Positions 50,663 to 64,000 of a DNA stretch of 64,000 nucleotides are shown one piece after another. Position 1 is the stretch's first letter. Each line of letters starts with the position of its first letter. The notes below the pieces were generated by a model. The model was given only the letters and a program-made list of their open reading frames with translations. It did not search any database and had not been told where the DNA came from. The DNA lies in assembly GCA_964234715.1 (NCBI GenBank), contig OZ174280.1, one strand, 5' to 3'. Both the position numbers and the translations under genes were made by a program. The stretch is from Podarcis melisellensis (Eukaryota).

Positions 50663-53600
50663 TTTGTCTCAGCCCTACTTAAGCTTCCTGACTGTGGCAA
50701 GTAGATGTTGACGGTGCATTCTGCCATTTCCAATAAAGTGGGGTATGGTTTAATTCAGTTTTACAGCCCTCCTCCAACTAGCCTAGACTGCATCCTTTTA
50801 CTGCTTGGCTGTGCCCCCACCCACATGCATAAGCTCTGGGAGTTTCCAGTAAGTCTCAGCTTTTGAAAAATGGAAGACCACTGCTTTAGAGCAAGGCTGC
50901 AATATACCAGCTACTCATTTTTGTATCAGTTCAAGTGGAACAACGACTTCCTCTTCGAAACAGGAATAACATGGCATGTGGTAATCCTGATATGATATAA
51001 TTGAGGCTAGGTCTAGCCTCGATTTAGTATCTTAAGGAGATTTCTCATTTCATATCTCATAAAAATACATACAGATAATATGAGAACACAAAACATACAT
51101 TGCTGGTTTGTATTATTTAATTTGTTTTATAACATTAGAAATATAGTTAAATAGAAGTTTGGAATTTCTCACTTCAAAGAGAAATGAACAAGGAGCAGTT
51201 TTGTATGACTGTACAGCTTTGGGAGTTATATTGACCACTTGAAAATTGAAAAATTTTAGTTTTGTGAGCAGGGACACATCCTATTGGGGAAAAAACACAT
51301 TCTGTAACACCGGGTGGCCCTGCTGATTTCTAGCGTTGGAGCATGCATATCTTAGTTGCTAGTCCTAAATGCCAGGCTGACCACAAAAGAAAGAGAACAA
51401 ACACCATACAATGGTTGCGCTCCACTAGAATAACACTAAACCTGTGGAGGGATCTAATAACACTCATTAGACGAGGGCCCGGTGAGCAAAATGTCCACAT
51501 TTCAAATTCTGAGGAAGTGCTATGGGTGCCAGCCACAAAATGGCTGCCGTGGGAGCATGGCCTAACACAAAACTAGAGCATAGTTATTGCTGCTTTCCCC
51601 CACCCCCAAGACAACCTCATGTTTTCCATGGGAAGTGAGCTATGTCCTGCTGGTTCTGATATTGACCCCCTCTCTGTGATACTGTTGCTGTCTAATAACA
51701 ATAGGGAGCATTCCCCAGTACCAGGAAAAATATACAGGGTGGCCACAACACACTCTTGCACACGCATCACATGCACACATTCACCATACACGTACAGACA
51801 TGCACACATCTCTCATTCACTACATCCACATTGCAAGCGCATCTTTCCCCATCTCTCAGCCCAAATGCATCTTTCCTTCTCTCCCTCACCACATTCATAT
51901 ATACTCCCATCTCCCCCACGCATACACCTCTCCCCAACTGCACCTTTCTCAGTCACACACACAGCATGCTTGAGCAATCCAACCACCCACCCATTCAGAA
52001 AAGGCTATCCACAAGCAAAGGGAGTGCCTACCATTTCAATCCCCGCCCAACCTAAATAAAACAAATATTCACGGGGGTCACCAGCCCCACCACCCGCAGG
52101 CATCGGGCATTGGGGAGGGAGAAGGAAGGCTTTGTGGGTGCTGTGGGGCCCACAGGGGCCGAGTTGGCAGCCCCAGCACTAGAGCGACTCCATCAATATA
52201 GTAAAGACGAAGAAAAGGGCTCAGCTCCATGGACTCAGATGTGTTACTGTTCTACCAAGATATCTTGAATTAGGTGTGCAAAAGATTTTGATGATGATTT
52301 AAGCAAATTTCCCTGCAAAATGCCCTTTATTTATACAAAATGAAAAATTGCAAATCAACAGAATTTGTTTTTTGTTTTTTGACAAAACAAAGGGGGCAGG
52401 GGTTTGGAGACATGAAAGGAAGCTGTGAAGGGGAAATCCCCCCTCACATTCTCTAAATGTTTGAAATAGAAGATAAAACTCCTGGCAACACCACTTATCT
52501 ATTTTTTCATCCTGAAGCATTAACAGAAACTGCTCGCATTTCTTTCTTTTCAAAAACCAACAATGAGGGATAGAAACATGCTTTTAAAGTTGCATTTCAG
52601 ATTTTCTAGGTTCTAGGTTCTGTACTGCACAACACACTAAATAAAAAGCCTTGATTAGGGCAACAGCTATAAATGTAGGTTTCCTGCACACTTTTGGTGT
52701 GGACTTTCATCACAGGCCCCCACTAGTTCCAGTCCAGCTCTTGCACCTTTCCTCATCTTTTATATTGAAAGGATGACAGAAGGATGGACCGGTAAGTGGA
52801 GCAAGCTCCATTCTCTTCTGAACTAACAGGGAAGCAGGGTTGGGCTGGCTCGCATTATTTACCTGGGACTAAACGCAAGCAGAGTTTGCTAAAATAGAAG
52901 CAAGCCTTAAATTGATTCCTGGTGTCTATATTTCATGTTGAAAATTGGCTTGTAAATCCATGTTTTGATCTATGGTGGCCGTCTCCTTAAGAAAAAGCAA
53001 GAGTAAATGTGTAATTTCTCCCTTGACAGCACACGGTGGCGAGGCGATCCTTCTTCCCGCTCCCCTCCGACTCGGGACAGCTCCGCTGCCTCCCATCAGC
53101 ACTCTTTCTTCCTCGCCCCACGCCTTGATGTCTCCATTTCATTAGTGTGCGCCCATTCATCACGCTGTTACCGTAAGGGTGACTTTGCCCACTTGCATGT
53201 GGCAGGCAGGGCCTGGATGACATGGGGTGGCGCTGCCACTCTGACGGGGGGAGGGAAGCAGAACACCCACCCACACCCCTGCTAGTAAATGGATGTTGTG
53301 GCAGAAGGACAGCTGCATCATTACTGATGTGTAAATGATAAAGCAGCGCCTCCACATCCGTCTCTTAACTGTAAATCCAGGGAGTGCTTTATAATCAAGC
53401 GGCAGCGATAATAATGTGAAATTAGGTCTCTCTATCAAAGGGGGGAGGCCTTTTAATCACGGCTTAAAGGGTGCAAGCGCTGTTTATCATAATTGAACTG
53501 TATCCGGGCTAATTGTGGCCATATTTCACTGTCTAGGAGACAGGCACACCGACTGAGGAATGAACGCCAGGGGCCGAATGGAGCAGGAAGCTGCCACCCA

Positions 53601-53975
53601 ACCTGTCTTGGCCCCAAAGTGCAAGAGCTTGAGTATTTGGGGAGGGTGTCAACAGATACATGAAACAGCCCCCCATTTACCTTCCCCCTGCTTAACCTAT
53701 TGAATGCTGGTAGCACAACTGGGGGAAAACAGATGGCATTCTACCGTTCAACTGCGTTGGGAGTTTACACAGCTAGGCTAACAAAACCAATAATTTTTTT
53801 ATCAAAAGCAACTAGAAGATGAAAATTCTGTGTTTAAAAAAAATGGAAATCGGCATACACCAAGGTGCATAAATTAGTCAGTTTGGTAACAGCTGCAAAG
53901 AAGCAGTAGGATGACCACAGAAATGGGAGGGGGGCAAGGGATCTTATATAATGAGCAGAGCTTGCCCATTTGCAA

Positions 53976-54059
53976 TGCAACCCTTACCATGTCTACTCAG
54001 GAGTAAGTCCTATTGAATTCAGTGAGGCTTACATCTAGGTAAGTGGGGATAGGATTGCA
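53976..54059. mobile_element. Short palindromic repeat (gagtaagtccyattgaattcagtgrgrcttac family)
   Basis: tgcaacc...ggattgca termini; relatives near 8447-8524 and flanking the mariner MITE at 14290-14600. Confidence 0.6.
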
Positions 54060-54161
54060 GAAAAAAGTCAGAAGGGCTATGATACCCTTCTGTAAGAGTA
54101 CCCTAGAGAGTAAGATAGATTGCAATGGAACATGTTATGTGGTGTGTAGCTGCATGTAGTC

Positions 54162-54193
54162 AAATAGCCTACAGCTGAAGCTGTAGGCTATTT
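54162..54193. repeat. Perfect 15-bp inverted repeat with 2-nt spacer
   Basis: AAATAGCCTACAGCT-GA-AGCTGTAGGCTATTT. Confidence 0.95.
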
Positions 54194-55937
54194 TTGGCCT
54201 CCTCAACACTTAATTTCCTCTGTTTATGAGTTTGAGGCACACCCCAAAAAGAATTGGGTGGGGGAACATCCATCAGCTTCACGTCTCACCCACGCTCAGC
54301 CAGAACACATTCAAAACAGGGATTGGCCATATCTGCAACAAGTCACTACTAGTATCACTTTCACCAAACTTACTGATCTTCAATCAGAAGGAAGGGCATA
54401 AAGATAGAAGTTTGGCCATGTGCACACCTGAGCATTAGCTGCTTCCTAGTACAGCTATCTGGCAAAGTCTCAATGGCTGAAATACAAAGCAAATAGATCC
54501 ACTTCTAGATGTACAAAATGTCTGATTATCTGCTGGACATTAGTCCCATAACTTCTCTGCCTTGTACAAAGTCTAATGGCTCGTCAAATCCGTGGTGATG
54601 TTCAACATTCTTGCAGTATGTTTTTCTGCCTGAAGAGCTCTGATTCCTCTCTGCCCTTGAAAACATCTCATTGATTTCCAGCTAAAGAAACCTGTGTTGT
54701 CAGGAATTGCAGAGGGTATCTCTGAGGGGTTCATATTCTTGGAATCTATGGGGGAAAGCAGACCACCACCAATGGTCTCTCTTGATATGTGAAAAGATTT
54801 TTAAAGGGGCAAAAAACCCTTAAACAATGGACCCTGGTAAAAACTTGGTTTACAATTATAGGCAAAACTGAGGAACCACTATGACTTAGTTGAACAGAAA
54901 CATGGACCTGCTTCTGTAAACTCCGTATGTTCCATCTTCTCTTGAGAGATCTCCTTATCTCATTAGATAGAAACATCAAGAGTCTCAAGCCTATTGCTTG
55001 TCTACAGTGGGACTTCCTCTTTCATACATCCTCTGGAACCTGCTCTTTCATGCCCCTAGTGCCTGTTGAAGGGGATACTGCAGGCTATCTTTCCAGATGT
55101 TCTTTCCTTAACCTCTATAGTTGGCCTAAACTGACCTACACCTGCTCAGCCACTCGTAATTTCCTCAGTGGGTACACACAATGAAAACATCTGGGGAGGG
55201 GGATTCTTGCTTCCAAAGCTCACTGTTTTGGTTGCTCCCCTTTGGACCATCCTCAGTTTATATTGTCTTCTCTCTCTGTATGCCCCTTGACTGAATCCAT
55301 ACTGACCTTTCTACATCAAATGTTGAACTTTGATCCCCACCACCCGACCATTGTCCAAACTGGGGGTTGTCATCCAATACCTGAGCACCCAAGGCAGGAG
55401 AAAACACCTGAGGATCCAAGGCAGAGGAAGTCTGCCTTAAGATACGCTTATCTTAGCTGCAAACCCTCTTCTGCAATATGGTGATAACTATACTGGTCTA
55501 ATTCATAGGGCTGTTGTAAAGATTATTGAGATACTGTACAGGAAGAGTTCTAAACACCTGGAATACATTACCCTATTTATAGTAATTATTATACATAGCA
55601 TCCCAGTACAAGTGGCAGTCTGAATGAGATCACCAAAGATGGGCAATAGACAAATCTCCATACAGATTATATTAGGTCTCCAGTAGCTAGAAGCGATCAA
55701 CTGGAAGTACCCTAATGTGGGTAACGTTCTGCTACGCATTTCTACTAAAAGATCCAGAATTAATCTGAATACTCACACATCAAGTTCTTTGATTTCTGAC
55801 ATCATATTGCAACTTGCATGTGTGAAACAGTCATCACAGATTGAATGCTACACTCAGAGCTTTCATATTGCCCTACATCTCCCATTTAAAAAGTTTTCAA
55901 TGTAGGCAATTCACAAATTTGCCAGGGAGCAACAAAT

Positions 55938-56032
55938 AATAAATTTCCATTGCAGGAAGATTCAGGATACTAAGCCTGAATCTTCCTGCAAATAAATTTC
56001 CATTGCAGGAAGATTCAGGATACTAAGCCTGA
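55938..56032. repeat. 42-bp direct duplication separated by an 11-bp templated inverted insert
   Basis: Identical copies at 55938-55979 and 55991-56032; the spacer completes a perfect 17-bp hairpin. Confidence 0.95.
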
Positions 56033-59000
56033 CCCAGTGTGACTGGTCCCAATTTCTTGCCATCTGTGGGCTATTCTTTCTGGGCAAATTTACTCTGGCT
56101 ATGACCACATCCTGTCCCATTTGGTTGTGTTAGTGCAAGGAAAGCCAAGCTGCCAGCCTTCCCACCCGGGACACTCTTTTGTGCCCCTCTATCTTAAACC
56201 AGACTATGCCAGGTGTGTTTCAGACACTTGGTACAGGTGGCTCCTAACAAGCCATTGCAAAGCTCACTTGCCACAAGTCATTTAGCAAGACTGACTTCAA
56301 ATCAGCACGAAGGTAAACACGCTTATTACAATTATCCGTGTACAAAAAAATCAACAACAGCCGAACAACTTTCTAATATGCAATTACAGCCGCTTATTGA
56401 TTTTACAATGTAATCCGCTCCGATTGATTTAATAACACAATTATAGGCTGGCTCCCGGGATATTAGTGCGGGAGATTTTCATAAACTCCAAAGCAAAAAA
56501 CTAAGCGGTTTTTAAAACAACACCGTCAGATGGCTGTTTGGGGAATTATTAGCCATATGAAATCTCCTAAATCTCCTCGTTGTTACCTTGGAAGAGTATT
56601 TTCTACAAAAATGGCAACTAAGAATAGGAGGCTTTGCTGACACTCAATCCATTTCAAGGGTAGACACAGATGCCAGTCTGTCCACATTTGGACCAGCTCT
56701 TCAATGCAGGGAAAGCCACACAATTTGACCCTCTTGTGTCTAGCTGTGCAATCCCTGCACTATAGCCAGACCTGGTTCAGTTTGCTCTTGCAGGGTATAT
56801 TGTCTCACCCCAATTTGAATGACTTTGTTGCTTGTGCTCATCCTTTGCATGGTGGGTTGAAGGGTTTCTGAACATTCCTCTTTCCTGTACTTTTAATATT
56901 TCCTTGCAAACAAATTAAAGACTTTGAGAAAGTTCTCCTAAAAAGATATCCTTTGCATGTCACTGTATCCTATACTATATTCCTTCCACAACTAAGTTGG
57001 ACCAGTGATGAATTCTTCCACTACCATCCAACACCCTGAGAGAGTCACACAGTGCCAGCTTGGAAAGAATATATCAGATTGCACAAAATGAAACCAAACC
57101 TCTGGACTCACACCCAAGCTACCTTGTCTTGATAGAGAAGTGAACAATTCGGAGCCATCTGATTGATACTGGAACTGCTCACCCTCAGCCAATATTGCTA
57201 CCTTTTCTTCCACTGCAATGATTCCTTGCTGCATTTGCACCAGGTGGGTGAACCTGGTTGCTTTAAGCAGAAGGCAGGGAGAGGCCATCCTGGCACTACA
57301 ACAATCTTAGCTGAATCTGTGTAAGAGCCATAAAAAGAAAGGCCTGCCATGTGGGGAACATCCACAACCATAAAGACAGAGACCTACACAACTGAGCACC
57401 TTCACTCCTAAATGTCCAACCATCCCACCTCCCCAGCTGAGAATGCCACACGTTTGTTCGGAACTGACAAATGCTCCCTTTGTAGGCCTGCCCACTGGCA
57501 CAGAATGGCTCCCAAACACACAAAACGCACATGCTTAGCTCTTTCCCCGCAATGTATTTGCCAGCTTTATGGGCCCATTTTTCTTGTCAAGCTGACAGCG
57601 CTGCTAAGTGGATTTCTCTCTGATATGCAGACAGATTATCACATTACCCCAATGTCCAACACAAACATATTACTTTATATTCAATAGCTCTAATGAATAT
57701 AAACTGCTTTTTCTCTTTTTGGGAGGGGAAGGAGGCTGGTGGGAGGGGGCAATCTATAGATTTTTAATGAGGGCTGCTATTTACTCCCTCCTCTTTAAAA
57801 CAGGCTGAGGTGCAGCCTCTGGCTGGAAAATCAATGTTGTTATTGTTGGAATATTGTATATTGATATTGTAATAATAAGATGCAATTGATTTAGGGGTGC
57901 GTATGGATGGGGTCAACCCAGGGTTACTCTGCCTAGAGTGTGGTGCTGTCTCTCAAAGTGGACCATTTGTTTTAGGGAACCCAATTCCCCATTTGAACGC
58001 AGTGAATCCTCCCATCTGCACCCCTCCAAAAAGAAAAATGTTTGCAAACGGTAGCATAGCACTGGTGGCAGCCCCCAAAGAAGGACCAAAGCTCTGCTAA
58101 GGAAAAAACAAACAAAATCTGGTGATCTTAAGAGCTGATTAGGTCCCAGCCCCCGAAGAAAAGTAAGAGGGGGAAATGAGAGACACTCCTAGAATTTCAT
58201 AAAAGGTGGACCTCTGGGCTGTGTGTGAAAAACAAAAAGATGAGTTGGCCAAGCATGGGGACAGGGCAACAACTTTATAGTTTACATGGCCAAAAGGCTA
58301 AAGCCTTCCCTGCCCTTGTGTAAATGAGAGTTTAAATTCTGGCCCCAGCAGATGCAGACACAGACCCAAATGTGAAGTGTGTGCAACAGATGACCCTGCA
58401 CAGTAGGGACAGCTGGCTAGAGATGCTGAAACAGTCCCTCATGAAATCCCAGTGAGATGCTGGAACTAACTGGTCTCTGCGCCCGGCCTTGGGAAATGTG
58501 CTCATTTGGAGTGAAGCTGGCTGCACCTGCATTATAGCCACCAAGACGGATCACCCAATGGCCTGCGCTGAGCAGGTCCATATTTAAGCTGTCCCCATGC
58601 TTTATGGTCTGTACAGGAGCTGATGCAGAGGCAGCGAGAGGCCATTTGTCACTGCTGGAATGGCAGATTCCTGTTAATGAATAATATCGCTGCTCTCTTT
58701 GTACAACAGCTCTCGGCACTGGGGGTGGGAGGACGTTCATTGGGCTGCCTGCCTGGCTTCTGGCTTCCCTTTATTTGCCTTTGTTACCCAACGAAAGAGT
58801 CTGCTCAAACAACCTGTGCGCCGTCACCCACTGTCACAGTATCTCACAACTCTGCCAACGCAACTGGAAATAAGGATGTTTTCTGTCTTGCCATCATACC
58901 TGTAAGTCCTAACCTTGCTGCCTGCCAGTTTGCTAACAACCAGCGCCAGACTGAAATCCATCACTCTGTGACCGATGAGCTGCCAGATGATGGCTGTATT

Positions 59001-61134
59001 GTTGAGAGAGCACCAAGATGCCCCCCACTGTCCATGGGTGGCTTGCACCTGTGCCTCACTCACATTGGTCTCAGCCCCTTCACCCCTTCCATGGGCCAGC
59101 TTTCTCTCAGGTTTTTCTCAAGAGCATCCCTAATGTATCACAGGTCAGAGTGCTTTCTGGATCTAGTCAAGCATTATCTCCTGATATAAAGCCTTTTCAG
59201 CATCCACTGGCAACTGATCTGCAGACTTCCAGGGCAAAAATGAAAGGCAAGTTAGGGCAGAGTGCATTTTTCTTAGACCAATGCCTCTTGCAGGCTGAGG
59301 CAGGTTCTTCAAGGTTCAGGAGCTTCTCCCCCCAAGATGGACCAATGAAAGACAGTATATGCCTCAGCTTCACCTACACTCATTTACTCAGAAGCAAGCA
59401 CAGCTGATTTCTATTATTTCACTTCCTTGTAGAAAAAGAAACAGTAGTTAGGAGGTCTAAAACTGTCACGACTGCCCCGGCCCTTTATCACAGATAGACA
59501 GTCCTGGGATTCTTCACAACTGCATGAACACAAGCTTCCTTCAAGCCATATTAATGATGTTAGATATTATTTGGTTGTGTCTGATTTGGTTCCACTTTTT
59601 GACATCTTATACTGAATACAAAACAGAAAGCAACAAGAATAAAAATACAAGAACAAAAATGCAGGAATACAAGAATAAAAATAGAAGTGTTTAAAGCAAC
59701 ATGTTTCTAGTCCTCATTATTCACAAACGAACAAAATCACTAAAATGCACCTGTGTCAATGGGGACACAGAGCTGCATGAAGTAAAGAAGACTGGTCTCA
59801 TGGGAAACACTCGTCTCCTCCCCACCCCAATATCCTCTCTGCTTTCTGATCCTTTATTATTAACCACAAATGTAGTAATTTTAGGCTGCTGTCCTGCATG
59901 CTAATATGTCCCTCTGAAAAATAAAACAGGATGCATGAATGTGCAAATGTAAGGTACTAGTTTAAGCTTTAGCATGCATAATGTTTTCCAATACATATTG
60001 CTTCAGTTATTCTCAAAACGACCCTATCAGTTTTGCAAAAGGTGGGGAACTTAGGCAGGATCCACACTAACAGTTTTGCCACATTTCATTTCAGAGAGGT
60101 TCCTCATTGTCCCAGGACACATATTTCTGTCTTTCCTGTAAATGCACACTCCTCACAGAATTGTACTTGGTTTTTAAATACATTTTTCTTAGACAACATT
60201 GAATTTGTCACATTTCTGATAAGTTTGATGTATTGTGATTTAAAAGGCAGCCAGGGCAAGGGGAATGTTGAAGCAGGATATAGTTTGGATAATATTATCT
60301 CCTTGTGGTATTTTCCCTATAATTTTCTCGACTACTTTTTTAAAAATAGTATTTTGCAAAACCTGCAATCAGAATAAAATATAGCAGATTAAGAAACTCT
60401 ATTTGAATTCTAATGTGTCATATTTGCATCATTTCTAACCAAGGGCACCCTACTGGTTCAAGTTCCAGTTCAGATGCAAAACTAACTCAAGTGAGCTCCC
60501 TTTGCTGTCTCAAGAAAAACCACGACACTGCTGCCTGTCCACAAATAAATTCTCAGCCTTTTAATCAGCCTTGTCTTTAGTCACAGGGGATCACAACAGT
60601 GCCAGTTTCAATCCCAGTGCCCTTTCAAAATATAGGAAGCTGAGAGGGGCTTGTTGCCACCATAGGCTCAGAACCCCTTGAAGTCAGCCAGTTTATCTAG
60701 CCTGTTTCCCCTATTTGTGTCCAAGTTCTGTAAATTTTAAAAGGGGGGATTTATTAAGGATGATGGGATAATGAGCATATGGAATAAGCTTGTTAGAACC
60801 AAATACTAATCTCAACATACTATAGTTTCAAGTACGATCCAAAGCAAATACTAAATTTCTCTATAGCTCTCATTGTTTCATCCATACTTCACAATCCTTT
60901 GCACCCTCCTTTATTCCCGGTTTGGGAAATTTCACTGCTCAAATAGTTTAAGCCCACACTTGTTTCCATATAACTGCAAAGGTCAGTTTCTCATACTGGC
61001 GCATAAAGAATGAAGTCCTAATGCTGACTTCATCCAATCGCTGTGTACTCTGTGAGGAACATCTAACAGATAATGGAGTTAGCCTGAGCGTAAACTGCTG
61101 ACCAATTAATGTGCTTTTTTGGGGGGATGGAATC

Positions 61135-61320
61135 ATGGCTCAGTGCTTAAGCACATGCTGAAGGGTTCAGTTCCTAGCATCTCTAGTTAAAGGGTTCACA
61201 GGTAAACTGGACTAGGAAAGGCCACTTCCTAAAACACAGGTAACTGTTGCTGCCAATTGGAGCAGGCAGCACTGGCCCAGGTGGATCAGTGCTCTGACTT
61301 AGTATAAAAAACACATAATA
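61135..61320 (+). mobile_element. tRNA-derived SINE (Squam2-like), degenerate
   Basis: ggctcagtg...ggttcagttcct head and gctgcca...tggatcagtgctctgacttagtataa tail. Confidence 0.55.
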
Positions 61321-64000
61321 TGGCCATAGAAACAGGCGAGGAACCTGAGTCATAAAACAGGGCATCTTAGAAGCCATTCCTGTGAAGCTGATTGTCACGT
61401 AGACCTGTCACTTTTAATCACAAACCTCTTTGAGGGAAATGAACTGCTTGCTACATGGAACAGCCACACTAGTACTTTTTAAATAGTCACTACTGTGTGT
61501 GACAGCTTCTTTGCATGAATCAGACCAAATTACACCACACTTAGCTCTCAAAGCCTCAGCCACCAACGAGATGCAGCCGCTGCATGTGTATTATCTATGC
61601 AAGTTCTTTATGTGTTTACACACACAACAGAAATCTGTGGCTATGAGTTCCACAGTAGAATAGCATGTTTAGTTGAAATAGCACTTGCTGAATTAAAAAG
61701 ATGAAGTTAATGGACTAACGGAATATGAAATTCCTTCCAAGCCCACAAGACAGTCGCAATGCCACCAGAATACAGAATGACAACAACGAACCAGAAGTGA
61801 GAATTAAATTGGGGTGTTCTCTCTCTCCTCCCTCATACCTTCAATATGGCCCCAGTGGGAAGGTCCCTGGGACTGCCGGCAGGTATCTCAGATAGTGCTG
61901 ACAGCAGATGGACAGAACATTAAGAATAACTTACCTCATTATCTGCAATTACATTACTGCCACACACCTCATTTCTTCGCAAAGAAAAGAAAATTAGTTT
62001 TATATTGACTTCATCCTAGCACTTTTCCCAACCGGCCACTGGATAAACCACTCATTGTTTGAAGGCGGGGATTTGGGACATAGAGTGGGGATGGGCTTTG
62101 ATGCTTCAATGCATAACAATTTATCCTAACCTGTTGCCTAAAGGTGAGACTCCCCTCATACACAGGAGTCCATGTTTTTGTGTGGAAGGATAGGTTTAGG
62201 AATGAGACACAAGTTACTAGGGCTTGATCTTGGATTATTAGCCCCTGAAATGAGAAACTTCAATTCACAAATCACCCGTATGGTAGTCAATGGCATTCAA
62301 AAGGCCCAGCCTGGAGGTGAGAAGTTCTCAGGCCATATAGGGATCTGTGTCTGCTATACACAACATGCTTCATTTCCATTTCCTGTCTGGCCCCTGCCAT
62401 GGGATGTCACCTTTCCAACGTACATAAAGACCCCAAACAATGGCCTGCCCTCAAGGGCCAGCATGCCTGAGAACCGAAATGGGGGAAGCGTGCAGGGAAG
62501 GGGCAGCAGGTTACAATGGAGACATTTCCCCCTGTGTCGGCATCCTGCAACCTCTCCATCCATTAGCCGTAATTGCTGGCAGCAGAATAACAGCATTTTT
62601 AAAAGCAGAGCTTTGCTCTGCTGGGCAGAAAGAAGGGGGAACATGCTCTCTGCTTCAAGGTGCAAATGCCAGGCTCCCATCTGTCAGGAGGAAGGGCAGA
62701 CGGAGCCACCCGAGGGCCCGTCACATATCCAATTTGCTCGAAAACATGGGATGGTCCTGCATGCAAAGGGAACACAAGGAATCCTTGAGCAGGTAGAAAT
62801 CATGCCCAGCTCTGGGCTAAACAAGTTGCCCCCTGCTGAGAGATGAAGAGGCTGACAGTGATTCACATCTTCATTTACAGCCTCAGAAAAAGGCTAGACC
62901 ATCCTAATGGCTCACCACTTTTATCCCTGCAAATATATATTATATCTATATCTTGCCTGCATCCAACACAATGAGCTAAGTTTAGGTTTTAAGGCACCAT
63001 CCAAGCCACTCTAAATACAGGTTAGTGGTGGCTTGCCAGAATCCTAATCTGTGCTGAATTCAGCCTGTGCTAGCATATGCTATACTACAGGCTTGCGATG
63101 GATAGCAGTGTACTGTACAATACAAATGTTAGAAGTAGAAAGTCATTTCCAGTGGTTACTATGAGCTGAAATGTTTGGTGTAAATCATCCCTGAGGCTCA
63201 GTGAGGAAGACACTCAGCCTGCTAAATTTCTCACATATTGTGGGTGGTGCTGAACTTAGTTGTGGGTGGTGCCATCACTTTTCAATGTCTCCCTCCCCAC
63301 TTTGTGGGTGTGGAGGGGGACCTGGCCCTTGCCAGAGGTCTGACCTCATCACTTGTAAATTCCTTTGAATCTAGGCTGAGGGTTTCCCAACTGGCCTGTG
63401 CCAACCATGCCAAAGGTCTCTTCACTGAGGACAAAGAAAGGCAACTTTTTTGGAGAATGGCCAATGTATTGTTTGGATTGCCATTTAGTGGCCTCAGTTA
63501 ACCTGGCATGCAATGAGGTAGAAGGCTGGTGAGGCTCAAATCCAGTTGCCATTCAAAACAGATGTATAAATAAATACCAGCCATCACATCGCCTGAATGA
63601 TCTACTGTTCTATGTAGTTGTTTCATGTTTATCTTGCTGCTCAAGGAGCTCAGAAGCATTTTGGCCTCCTGAGATAAACTGGGCTAAGAAAGGGATTTGC
63701 TACCATATCTACCATACTTTCAGGAAAATATTGTTCCCAGCTAGGAGTTCACAATCTTGTTCACCATTTTTGCCATACTGACATACAGTCAGGCTCTAGT
63801 AAAAAAGAGAAGCCCAAGTCTCTGCTGAAGGGAGAAGGAAGAGATACGTTGACTAGTCTCTGCCTTGCTAGGGATTCCAAGTATAGAGGCAAAACAAGTA
63901 CAGATGGTGACCATTTTAGGCACGATCACTGATGTGTGGGTCCTTTTGGACCTGGAAGAAGTCACAATGGTGTAACAAGGCACAAAATGGTTGTTGCCTG

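Noticed and set aside
51619-52059. His/Thr/Pro-rich ORFs
   Set aside because: Translation of CA-rich low-complexity sequence.
54480-55060. Possible L1 ORF1 remnant on - strand (PIIV...LFTYQERPLVV)
   Set aside because: Similarity too faint to support without a profile search.
58623-59407. 188-aa and 129-aa overlapping ORFs
   Set aside because: No recognisable homology; possibly the reverse strand of a decayed LINE, which I could not confirm.
62172-62846. Longest ORF in the track (224 aa, +)
   Set aside because: No recognisable domain, antisense within the ERI3 intron, overlapped by other open frames, and composition resembles random translation.
1-64000. CRISPR arrays, tRNA/rRNA genes, operon-like or viral systems
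   Set aside because: No regularly spaced repeats, cloverleafs or viral ORFs were seen; the DNA is intron-rich vertebrate sequence.

Overview
Vertebrate genomic DNA, not prokaryotic. The repeat complement points to a squamate reptile, probably a lacertid lizard (inferred from recalled repeat families). The window holds the complete DMAP1 gene on the + strand: a CpG-rich promoter near 13.8 kb, a probable non-coding exon 1, and 10 coding exons (15953-44601) with GT-AG junctions that splice into a 1392-nt CDS (463 aa). Facing it tail-to-tail is the last coding exon and 3'UTR of ERI3 on the - strand (49910-49992), and the rest of the window is ERI3's last intron. This is the same DMAP1-ERI3 adjacency as in human. 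Non-coding DNA carries hAT, Tc1/mariner and Harbinger-like MITEs, L2, CR1 and RTE-like fragments, SINEs and microsatellites. It also has a series of repeat-free, CpG-retaining, transcription-factor-motif-rich blocks that look like conserved enhancers. I found no convincing new multi-gene system. The best leads are: (1) a frame-compatible 97-nt candidate exon only 50 nt upstream of DMAP1 exon 9, possibly mutually exclusive with it and overlapping a TATA box; (2) a clean duplication-inversion-duplication template-switch scar at 55938-56032; (3) a (GAAT)n microsatellite flanked by a 15-bp target-site duplication; (4) the enhancer-like blocks in DMAP1 and ERI3 introns. Most ORFs in the supplied track are spurious.
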